From the sequence record LC778249.1: 64,000 nucleotides of DNA; one strand, written 5' to 3'. Under the pieces are notes generated by a model, which saw nothing but the letters and a program-made list of their open reading frames with translations, was not told the DNA's origin and did no database searches. A program made the position numbers and the translations under genes. The stretch's first letter is position 1. The number at the start of each line of letters is the position of its first letter. Below, piece after piece: positions 1-6,660 of this stretch.

Positions 1-95
1 CTTCGATAAATAAGTTTTTAGATAAACCGTAAGATCATGCGAGCATATATCGGTGGCGTTATTGCTCGATTGGACGGAACCGACACCCACCTAAA

Positions 96-290
96 GCCGG
101 TTGACAGTAGACACTAAATAAGTTTAGTGGCAGTGGAACCCCGAAATCGTGCTAACACTGCGATGCGGACTGTCTTTATCGGCATATCCTGTAAGCCTAA
201 AACGGAGTGAAAGCCTAGTACCTCTTCGGAGGAAAGAGTGAGTATCAGAAGTGATGCTAGTATATGCCGATAAGGATAGTTTACTATGAT
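96..290 (+). ncRNA. Candidate structured non-coding RNA
   Basis: 19-bp helix 169-187/262-280 (with G-U pairs) enclosing CCTC-TTCG-GAGG and GTATCA-GAAG-TGATGC hairpins; extra hairpin at 112-129; no convincing + strand ORF. Confidence 0.45.
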
Positions 291-390
291 AAACAAACGT
301 GCTATCATTATCTAAGTCGTCGGAGTACGACATAAATAAAGTTAGAAACGATGTTTACAACACATGGATGATGTGTTAAGATGATTTTAA

Positions 391-442
391 GGCTGCGTTC
401 AGCAATCAAAACTTTCTTGCGGATAGAAACCAAAAGTCAGCC
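391..442 (+). ncRNA. Minimal motif RNA (helix + TTCAGCAA + anticodon-like hairpin)
   Basis: GGCTG/CAGCC terminal helix, TTCAGCAA 398-405, TTTCT-7nt-AGAAA hairpin 413-429. Confidence 0.5.
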
Positions 443-593
443 TGTTTAAAAATTAAGAAGTCTTTGTTTACACTCACTAAATAGTAGTGTATAGTAAACA
501 AAGATTGGAATGAGTTCAGCAAACAACTTAAAAAGCAAATTATTGGAAATATGCCTTAAAAGTTCATTCCGTTTCTTATTCAGTTGTTATTGG

Positions 594-678
594 GGAAGTG
601 TGGCTCAAAGGTTGAGCGGCAGACTGTTAATCTGCGGGTAATAACCCTATGCTGGTTCGAGTCCAGCCTCTTCCGCCA
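594..678 (+). tRNA. tRNA-Asn(GTT), long variable arm
   Basis: GCAGA-CTGTTAA-TCTGC anticodon arm, T arm GCTGG-TTCGAGT-CCAGC, G73 + CCA. Confidence 0.9.
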
Positions 679-702
679 ATAACAATTTTAAAGATTTACC
701 AC

Positions 703-807
703 GGATCATTACAGCAAACCAACTAACTTTTCTCTTCTAAGAAAACGATAGGGTTCGACTCCCTAGCTCTGGTAAAAGAGTCCTTGGACGGTAGTAAAAA
801 GTGATCC
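703..807 (+). ncRNA. Circularly permuted tRNA-like RNA with TACAGCAA motif (Arg TCT-like loop)
   Basis: GGATCAT/GTGATCC terminal helix, TACAGCAA, CTTCTAA loop, T arm TAGGG-TTCGACT-CCCTA, loop-closed GCTCT/AGAGT helix. Confidence 0.65.
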
Positions 808-813
808 AGTTTT

Positions 814-888
814 AGCCGTGTAGCTCATTGGTAGAGCACTCCCCTGATAAGGGAGGGGTAGACAGTTCAACTCTGTCCACGGCTACCA
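814..888 (+). tRNA. tRNA-Ile(GAT)
   Basis: AGCCGTG/CACGGCT acceptor, CTCCC-CTGATAA-GGGAG, CCA. Confidence 0.95.
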
Positions 889-908
889 AATTTAATGTTT
901 TGATTTAC

Positions 909-983
909 GCCGACTTAGTTAAATCAGAATAACTCGGGATTTGTAACCCTGAATCGTCGGAGCATAACCGGCAGTCGGCACCA
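909..983 (+). tRNA. tRNA-Thr(TGT), atypical T loop
   Basis: GCCGACT/AGTCGGC acceptor, TTTGTAA loop, T loop AGCATAA, CCA. Confidence 0.75.
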
Positions 984-1064
984 AGTTTATACACCATGAT
1001 TAAATCGGCAGATGCCTTGCTCAATGAGTTCGTTTGGTGAGTATTTTTCGAATAGAGGAATACA

Positions 1065-1559
1065 ATGAAGGATGTAGTTGGTTATGAGGGTTTATTCTCA
1101 ATAACCGAAGATGGAAAGTTATGGTCGAAACGTAGTAAACGATTTTTGACTATAATGGTAAATAAACAAGGGTACTATCAACATTGTACTAAAATCGGTG
1201 GTAGAAATGGGACTGCTAAACTGTTCAAGATTCATCGAGTTGTTGCAGAAGCATACTTGCCGAATCCCGATAATCTACCATTGGTAAATCACAAAGACGG
1301 AAACAAGTTAAATAATCATGTTTCTAATCTTGAGTGGTGTACGCACCAACATAATGTAAGACATGCTATTGATACGGGTCTTCTTGTTCAGCCAAAGGGT
1401 GAAAAATCAAAGGCGTCCACACTGACACAAGAGCAAGCCAATGAGATACGAAAATCTTACATTCCAAGGGTTATAACCTTATCTATGTTGGCCGATAAAT
1501 ATTCGGTATCTCGTAGAACAATCATCCGAGTTCTGCATAACATCAGATACAATGATTGA
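1065..1559 (+). CDS. HNH homing endonuclease (NUMOD4-like N-terminus, HNH_3, C-terminal HTH)
   Basis: KDVVGYEGLFSITEDG start; VNHKDGNKLNNHVSNLEWCT HNH motif; GAGGA RBS. Confidence 0.9.
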   Translation: MKDVVGYEGLFSITEDGKLWSKRSKRFLTIMVNKQGYYQHCTKIGGRNGTAKLFKIHRVVAEAYLPNPDNLPLVNHKDGNKLNNHVSNLEWCTHQHNVRHAIDTGLLVQPKGEKSKASTLTQEQANEIRKSYIPRVITLSMLADKYSVSRRTIIRVLHNIRYND

Positions 1560-1569
1560 TATACTAACA

Positions 1570-1738
1570 GAATTTCAGCGTGAAATCGACCGATGCCTAA
1601 AGGGCAGCGACAGATAGCCGATCCGATGCGTAGTTGGAAGAAGGGTTGCTGAAAATCGATGTGGGATCCAGACGCCCCAATCGCAGCGTCTGGTATGTAA
1701 CTCGTTACATGAATGATTTCTTTCGAGTGATTATTCAT
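1570..1738 (+). ncRNA. Candidate structured non-coding RNA
   Basis: TTTCAGCG/TGCTGAAA, CCAGACGC/GCGTCTGG, ATGTAA/TTACAT and ATGAATGAT/ATTATTCAT helices in an intergenic region. Confidence 0.45.
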
Positions 1739-1814
1739 GTGACGGTAGTTCAGTCGGTAGAACTCCAGGTTGTGATCCTGGTAGTCACGGGTTCGAAGCC
1801 CGTCCGTCACCCCA
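1739..1814 (+). tRNA. tRNA-His(GTG)
   Basis: GTGACGG/CCGTCAC, CCAGG-TTGTGAT-CCTGG, C73 + CCA. Confidence 0.95.
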
Positions 1815-1819
1815 AATAT

Positions 1820-1895
1820 GGACCTGTAGCTCAGATGGTAGAGCACCGGATTGAAAATCCGGGTGTCGTCAGTTCGATCCTGACCGGGTCCACCA
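1820..1895 (+). tRNA. tRNA-Phe(GAA)
   Basis: GGACCTG/CGGGTCC, CCGGA-TTGAAAA-TCCGG, CCA. Confidence 0.95.
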
Positions 1896-2106
1896 ATTAG
1901 TCGAGTCTTGTTGTTGGTCATGACTAACAACGTGGCGACAGGCTATAAAAAGCGATAGATTGAAGAAGGGGCGAATAACTTAAACGTTACTATTGACTTC
2001 TTCGCGCTTCTTATTACTTGGGCTCATGAGCAGAGTGATAGTTAAATCTCCTTACAACACCATGTGTTGATTATTGCCTCGGTATCTGATATTCTGGATA
2101 CCGTCT

Positions 2107-2181
2107 GGTGCATTAGCTCAGAGGTAGAGCCGCGGTTTCATACGCCGCTTGTCGGTAGTTCGAATCTACCATGCACCACCA
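2107..2181 (+). tRNA. tRNA with CAT anticodon (elongator Met likely)
   Basis: GGTGCAT/ATGCACC, GCGGT-TTCATAC-GCCGC, CCA; Met vs Ile2 not decidable by eye. Confidence 0.85.
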
Positions 2182-2226
2182 GATAATCGCGCTTAAACCG
2201 CTGATTAACACGTTTAAGCCTTCTCG

Positions 2227-2300
2227 GGGGACGTAGATAACTACACAATCGCAGGTCATTGGGACCTGAGATACGGGTGGAAATCCCGTCGTCTCCACCA
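2227..2300 (+). ncRNA. tmRNA-TLD-like mini RNA (alanine acceptor, no D stem)
   Basis: GGGGACG/CGTCTCC-A-CCA with G3:U70; unpaired 18-nt D region; capped CAGGTC/GACCTG helix; T arm ACGGG-TGGAAAT-CCCGT. Confidence 0.6.
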
Positions 2301-2435
2301 AATTTAAGTGCATTGCCCTATACACCATGAGGCGAGATAAGCCCTCGCACGAAGCAAACGAGCCGCAAGCTTGTAGCAATCAAAGGCTAGTCAGTGGGTA
2401 CTACCTGACGGGATCGCGACAGTGCATTTAAATTT
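2300..2435 (+). ncRNA. Candidate multibranched structured RNA
   Basis: 16-bp closing helix 2300-2315/2420-2435 with internal GCGAG/CTCGC and GTCAG/CTGAC hairpins. Confidence 0.45.
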
Positions 2436-2470
2436 GGTACTAAATAGACTTGCTAGTAAAGGAGTTTATA

Positions 2471-2719
2471 ATGAGTAATGATCTTGACGCTCGCGCCAAT
2501 CGTGGCTCGGGTAATCAATGCAGTAAAGCTTGGTACGACGCCCCATTGTGGAAAAATGTTGGCCCATTAGCTAGAAAGAAAGCAGCCGAAGCCGCTGCTA
2601 AAGCCGAAAAAGAAAAAGAAGTTGTTTACAACGCTACTGAAACATGTAATAATGATTCTGTTGTCGTTGAAGACGATTTAAAAGCGAAGCAACGAAAATT
2701 GTTTGCCTTTGCATACTGA
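2471..2719 (+). CDS. Hypothetical protein
   Basis: GGAG RBS, downstream of ACTAAATA at 2439-2446. Confidence 0.7.
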   Translation: MSNDLDARANRGSGNQCSKAWYDAPLWKNVGPLARKKAAEAAAKAEKEKEVVYNATETCNNDSVVVEDDLKAKQRKLFAFAY

Positions 2720-2794
2720 TCTCCGTTCATCTAACGGCTAGGATATCGCCCTTTCACGGCGAGTACACGGGTTCGAATCCCGTACGGAGAACCA
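2720..2794 (+). tRNA. tRNA-Glu(TTC)
   Basis: TCTCCGT/ACGGAGA, TCGCC-CTTTCAC-GGCGA, CCA. Confidence 0.95.
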
Positions 2795-2814
2795 ATTTTG
2801 TTAGTGCGCTATGA

Positions 2815-2890
2815 AGCGGGATGGAGAAGTCTGGAATCTCGTTAGCCTCATAAGCTAAAGGTCGGTGGTTCAAATCCACCTCCCGCTTCA
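2815..2890 (+). tRNA. Initiator-like tRNA-Met(CAT), no encoded CCA
   Basis: fMet-like D arm TGGAGAAGTCTGGAATCTCG, CTCATAA loop, T arm GGTGG-TTCAAAT-CCACC; acceptor extended by 12 bp (2803-2814/2888-2899). Confidence 0.8.
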
Positions 2891-2912
2891 TAGCGTACTA
2901 AATAAAGAATAC

Positions 2913-3004
2913 GGAGACGCTGCAATGACGGTGGTATTGCACCAGACTGTAAATCTGGCCCCACAGGGTGAACATTGTAGGTTCGAATCCTACCGGCTCC
3001 ACCA
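2913..3004 (+). tRNA. tRNA-Tyr(GTA)
   Basis: CCAGA-CTGTAAA-TCTGG, long variable arm, CCA. Confidence 0.9.
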
Positions 3005-3033
3005 AATTTAATAAGTCAATAACGAGGTATACA

Positions 3034-3120
3034 ATGATTCCGATAGTGTTCCTATGTGATAATGATCACAGTGGTTGTCACCCAAACGGATGTTATTATT
3101 GTCCACATTATTACTTGTAG
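3034..3120 (+). CDS. 28-aa Cys/His-rich micropeptide (not in ORF track)
   Basis: GAGGT RBS then MIPIVFLCDNDHSGCHPNGCYYCPHYYL*. Confidence 0.55.
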   Translation: MIPIVFLCDNDHSGCHPNGCYYCPHYYL

Positions 3121-3127
3121 TTTAAAC

Positions 3128-3202
3128 GGTGCATTAGTATAATGGCTATTATTCGTGACTGTCTATCACAGGATACGGGTTCGATTCCCGTATGTACCGC
3201 CA
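3128..3202 (+). tRNA. tRNA-Asp(GTC)
   Basis: GGTGCAT/ATGTACC, CTGTCTA loop, G73 + CCA. Confidence 0.92.
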
Positions 3203-3268
3203 GTTTCTGCCTAGCAGGAAAGAGAACTTACCCGACAAAGTTTAGTTCTTAGCTCTTTGATTATCGCT

Positions 3269-3416
3269 GGATTCACTACAGCAAAACCTAAAATACAAAA
3301 CAAACTCTACTATTAAATGGATAGCACTCCTTTACTTCGGTAGTTGGATGTGCGGCTGAGAGGGAACAGCATATAAAAGTAACGGCGGGTTAGTCACCGC
3401 TCCCATATGTGAATCC
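3269..3416 (+). ncRNA. Large motif RNA (helix + TACAGCAA)
   Basis: GGATTCAC/GTGAATCC terminal helix, TACAGCAA 3277-3284, several internal hairpins. Confidence 0.55.
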
Positions 3417-3486
3417 GAAGACTTGCGATAACCACTTGCAAATAGTGGTTATTCTAATGTATAATCACGATTGTATATTAGAATTT

Positions 3487-3562
3487 GGGGATATAGCTCA
3501 GTTGGGAGAGCACTAGCCTTGCAAGCTGGGGGTCGTGGGTTCGAGTCCCATTGTCTCCACCA
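3487..3562 (+). tRNA. tRNA-Ala(TGC)
   Basis: GGGGATA/TGTCTCC with G3:U70, CTTGCAA loop, CCA. Confidence 0.95.
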
Positions 3563-3572
3563 AATTTAAATC

Positions 3573-3648
3573 GCGTGATTAACTCAGTTGGTAGAGTGTC
3601 AGCCTTCCAAGCTGTTCGTCGCCCGTTCGAGTCGGGTATCACGCTCCA
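3573..3648 (+). tRNA. tRNA-Gly(TCC)
   Basis: GCGTGAT/ATCACGC, CTTCCAA loop, U73 + CCA. Confidence 0.93.
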
Positions 3649-3655
3649 AATTAAC

Positions 3656-3730
3656 GCGCAGGTAGCCAAGCGGTAAGGCAAGTGATTGCAAATCACTTTA
3701 TCGTCTGTTCGATCCAGATCCTGTGCTCCA
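3656..3730 (+). tRNA. tRNA-Cys(GCA)
   Basis: GCGCAGG/CCTGTGC, TTGCAAA loop, U73 + CCA. Confidence 0.93.
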
Positions 3731-3746
3731 CATTGAGAAATAATTT

Positions 3747-4172
3747 ATGAGCGCACCTAGTTATGCGCTGTTCATGAAGAACGGCGATTGTGTCGGGAAC
3801 TGCTTTATCAACTGCGGTTGGTGGCATGATGAACCAAGAACACTGAGACAGATTATCCGGTATACCGAAACCGATGAATGTCCTATCGACTATGATAGTG
3901 TAATCGCGTATGGTGTTACCTATAGCAATGACTTGGAATTCGAGCTTCTGAAAGCAGAAGAAACGGAAGCTAAGTTGAGAGAAATTGCTGAAAATAAGCG
4001 TAAGCAAAGTTGGGAAGATTTACATCAGAAGATGATCGAACGGACGAAACCGATTGATCGAATGCTTCCTGAATTGATCGCTGCTGAGATATGCGGAGTT
4101 CAGCCAATGACTGGTCATGTTCCTAACGTTTTTTCGTTGAAGGTAGTTTACGGCGATGATATTTCTTGCTAA
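3747..4172 (+). CDS. Protein with C-terminal T4 gp23 Gol-peptide-like segment
   Basis: DRMLPELIAAEICGVQPMTGHVPNVFSLKVVYG resembles T4 gp23 RRAIPNLIAFDICGVQPMNSPTGQVFALRAVYG. Confidence 0.75.
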   Translation: MSAPSYALFMKNGDCVGNCFINCGWWHDEPRTLRQIIRYTETDECPIDYDSVIAYGVTYSNDLEFELLKAEETEAKLREIAENKRKQSWEDLHQKMIERTKPIDRMLPELIAAEICGVQPMTGHVPNVFSLKVVYGDDISC

Positions 4173-4548
4173 GATACGTTATATGAAAAGCGAATACATG
4201 GGTTCATCTAAATCATTCGATACCATTAAACTGGTAGAAGCAGAAGATGCAGACGAGGCCGATAGCAAAGTTCGCGAATATTACAACGACAAAAGTTCAG
4301 ATTATGGCACATATTATTCCGTTCTGGACGTTTCGATAGAAGAACCGATTAGGTGATTTATGAGTAAAGAATCCGAATTGAGATTCACGCTGAAAGAACT
4401 GAAACGAATGGTTCAATTGGCGGAAGAGAATAACACAACACTGGTTGATGTCAAATATACCTCAGGGTGTATCGGCTCAATCGTCATGGCAAAACCGGTG
4501 TGTAAAGACGGCGAATTCGAATCTGTAACTGATGTCGATAGCTGGTAA
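4156..4548 (+). other. Two small hypothetical CDS (4156-4356, 4360-4548)
   Basis: Tandem, closely packed + strand ORFs. Confidence 0.65.
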
Positions 4549-4557
4549 AAAGATTAT

Positions 4558-4631
4558 AGGGGCGTAGCAAATCGGTTATGCGGCGGATTCCAAATCCGTT
4601 GAGGTGGGTTCGACTCCTACCGCCCCTGCCA
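4558..4631 (+). tRNA. tRNA-Trp(CCA)
   Basis: AGGGGCG/CGCCCCT, TTCCAAA loop, CCA. Confidence 0.93.
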
Positions 4632-4637
4632 AACAAC

Positions 4638-4713
4638 GCGCCGTTAGCTTAGTTGGTAGAGCATCGGACTTTTAATCCGAGGGTCGATGGTTCGAGTCCA
4701 TCACGGCGCACCA
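4638..4713 (+). tRNA. tRNA-Lys(TTT)
   Basis: GCGCCGT/ACGGCGC, CTTTTAA loop, CCA. Confidence 0.95.
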
Positions 4714-4737
4714 AACAATCGCTTTGAAAGGTGAAAT

Positions 4738-4842
4738 CGCTAATGCTTTTAAGTGCAATGGGATAGCTTCTCGAAAGTCGGGATATAGATTGCCCCGTCG
4801 GTATTGATTTCATGATAGGTTCGATTCCTATCCTTAGCGTCT
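4738..4842 (+). ncRNA. tRNA-like RNA with a T arm but no D or anticodon arm (T4 species 1/2 genre)
   Basis: GATAGG-TTCGATT-CCTATC followed by CTTAGCG, pairing with CGCTAA at the 5' end. Confidence 0.5.
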
Positions 4843-4848
4843 AATTAT

Positions 4849-4923
4849 CTCGGGTTAGGCAAGTGGTATGTCGCCTGGTTTGGGACCAGGTCGTCGAGTG
4901 TTCGATTCACTCACCCGAGACCA
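4849..4923 (+). tRNA. tRNA-Pro(TGG)
   Basis: CTCGGGT/ACCCGAG, CCTGG-TTTGGGA-CCAGG, CCA. Confidence 0.93.
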
Positions 4924-4929
4924 AATAGA

Positions 4930-5176
4930 GAATGCCAACTATGTCCTAGGAAACTTAGTTGGAAGTCCAGCTGAAGGTCCCTCTCTCGCGAATAGCGATG
5001 ATGCACCAGGAAGGGGCGAATGATTCACTTGTGGGTCATTTCAAAGAGTTCTGATAGAGTTCTTTGAATTGATTCATGCGTTGCATCGCATTGAATGAAG
5101 TGGGGTTACACAAAGTAGGATTAAGTTACCGAAACGATACGACGATGACCCACGTTAAACGTTAATATTCGTCCCA
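4930..5176 (+). ncRNA. Candidate large structured RNA
   Basis: Nested helices 5013-5021/5167-5175, 5031-5039/5145-5153, 5040-5047/5061-5068, 4935-4941/4956-4962; no ORF. Confidence 0.5.
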
Positions 5177-5182
5177 GTTTAT

Positions 5183-5258
5183 AGGGGTATCGCCAAGTTG
5201 GAAAGGCAACGGATTTTGATTCCGTCATTCGCTGGTTCGAGTCCAGCTACCCCCGCCA
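5183..5258 (+). tRNA. tRNA-Gln(TTG)
   Basis: ACGGA-TTTTGAT-TCCGT, T arm GCTGG-TTCGAGT-CCAGC, G73 + CCA. Confidence 0.92.
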
Positions 5259-5280
5259 ATTTCAACTAAGAGAATTTATC

Positions 5281-5445
5281 ATGATTGAATCTGTTATTGT
5301 GAAAATGCGTAAAGAAGCTGAGAGCTTGCGTAATGATACCCTCGTTAGTATGCGTGAAGGCGTTACTAATGACATCGTTGCTAAGTATCTTGACAAATAC
5401 GCCGACGAGTTGGAAAGAGCTGTTATGAATCCCATTGCTCTTTAA
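5281..5445 (+). CDS. 54-aa hypothetical protein (below ORF-track cutoff)
   Basis: MIESVIVKMRKEAESL... open frame between tRNAs. Confidence 0.55.
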   Translation: MIESVIVKMRKEAESLRNDTLVSMREGVTNDIVAKYLDKYADELERAVMNPIAL

Positions 5446-5532
5446 ATTATCAAACGGGATGCCGATGCGCGTGTGTAGCCAGATCGTAATGATCAAGATT
5501 CACGATGTCATAGAGGCATGACAAAGAATTAA

Positions 5533-5626
5533 GGAAGGTCAACCCGATAGCCGGCGACGGGAGCGGTCTTGAAAACCGTCGAGGGTTAACAGCCCCTTGT
5601 GAGTTCGACCCTCACACCTTCCGCCA
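5533..5626 (+). tRNA. tRNA-Ser(TGA)
   Basis: GGAAGGT/ACCTTCC, CTTGAAA loop, long variable arm, CCA. Confidence 0.92.
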
Positions 5627-5672
5627 ATTTAAACTAACCCATACGCGGTAGCGTAAAGGAGAACATCGGTAG

Positions 5673-6107
5673 ATGGAAATGTTAGACATGTGTCGCTGTT
5701 ATGTAGAGGTTGCTAGATACGCAATCAACATGCAACGATCAAAAAAGATTGATCACTGGTCATTTGATCCAGTTGAATATCTGAAACAGCACAGAACGAT
5801 TCACCTTGACTTTGGTCGCGGTACGATGAAGACTAGAGCCGCGTTTGATATCGCACAGGATCACAACGGTGTTCTTGTTACGATTAATCAAGCTCATGCT
5901 AGATGGATTCAGCGTGAAGTTTTCGGTAATACAAAAGGTAAAACCCGAATAACTTTTTCAAAGGGTGCTGTTGCGGAAATCCGAGAAAACAGTTATGATG
6001 TTGTTGTTATCGATGAACCAGCTTTACATAAACCGCATCTGCTAGAAGCGATTTATGATGCTTGTATTGACAAGAAGATTCAAAACATCATACTGATTGG
6101 ACGATGA
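5673..6107 (+). CDS. Hypothetical protein, degenerate P-loop NTPase-like
   Basis: GRGTMKT (imperfect Walker A) and VVVIDEP (Walker B-like). Confidence 0.45.
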   Translation: MEMLDMCRCYVEVARYAINMQRSKKIDHWSFDPVEYLKQHRTIHLDFGRGTMKTRAAFDIAQDHNGVLVTINQAHARWIQREVFGNTKGKTRITFSKGAVAEIRENSYDVVVIDEPALHKPHLLEAIYDACIDKKIQNIILIGR

Positions 6108-6330
6108 TATGAAAATTACCAAAGTAGATATCGAACTGCAATCCCGATTCGTTGACAAAGGCGATTCATACGGATTCGGTACAACTCAATCCGCTGCCAA
6201 GTGTTCTACTGCTCAAATTGAACGACTTCTGAAACTTGGCTTGATTAAGATGTGTCGCGATGTCAAATGCGTTGCACAAAAGGATTTTCGTGGCTTCGTT
6301 AGCAGTGGTACGCACTATTGCAAAGCTTAA
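6097..6330 (+). CDS. Hypothetical protein
   Basis: + strand ORF overlapping the stop of the previous gene. Confidence 0.6.
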   Translation: MDDDMKITKVDIELQSRFVDKGDSYGFGTTQSAAKCSTAQIERLLKLGLIKMCRDVKCVAQKDFRGFVSSGTHYCKA

Positions 6331-6434
6331 AGAAAGAAATCGAGGAAAACGTCAGAGCGTCGTTTGAACTATCTGGACAAAGAGTTACTGATACTCAATG
6401 GGAACAGATTAAACGAGCTGCTGAATATATTAAC

Positions 6435-6522
6435 GGAGAAATGACAGAGAGGCCGAACGTAGCGGATTGCTAATTCGTAGGCCCGCAAGGGTCCGTGGGT
6501 TCGAATCCCACTTTCTCCTCCA
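6435..6522 (+). tRNA. tRNA-Ser(GCT)
   Basis: GGAGAAA/TTTCTCC, TTGCTAA loop, long variable arm, CCA. Confidence 0.92.
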
Positions 6523-6528
6523 AACAAC

Positions 6529-6612
6529 GCGGATGTGGCGAAATTGGCAGACGCACTAGATTTAGGTTCTAGCGCCATAGGCGTGTCGGTTCGAGTCCGA
6601 CCATCCGCACCA
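6529..6612 (+). tRNA. tRNA-Leu(TAG)
   Basis: GCGGATG/CATCCGC, CTAGA-TTTAGGT-TCTAG, CCA. Confidence 0.95.
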
Positions 6613-6620
6613 GATAAATA

Positions 6621-6645
6621 AAAGGGAGCTTCGGCTCCCTTTTTT
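6621..6645 (+). terminator. Rho-independent terminator
   Basis: GGGAGC-TTCG-GCTCCC followed by T run. Confidence 0.9.
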
Positions 6646-6660
6646 CATAGGAGAATATCA

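Noticed and set aside
96-290. RNase P RNA or hammerhead ribozyme (GAGGAAAG, GAAA motifs)
   Set aside because: Lacks GAGGAAAGUCC continuation, CR-V and the CUGANGA core.
1000-1738. Group I intron around the HNH gene (CAATCGCAGC resembles the Q element)
   Set aside because: No recognisable R/S (P7) elements or interrupted exon; the downstream sequence runs straight into tRNA-His.
1634-1900. ORFs overlapping tRNA genes (also 1457-1930, 2113-2379, 3478-3696, 6369-6578)
   Set aside because: They are translations of tRNA or ncRNA sequence.
1960-2010. Shared GAAGGGGCGAAT and TTAAACGTTA words with the 4930-5176 element
   Set aside because: Short matches that could occur by chance, and the pairing context differs; needs alignment with homologues.
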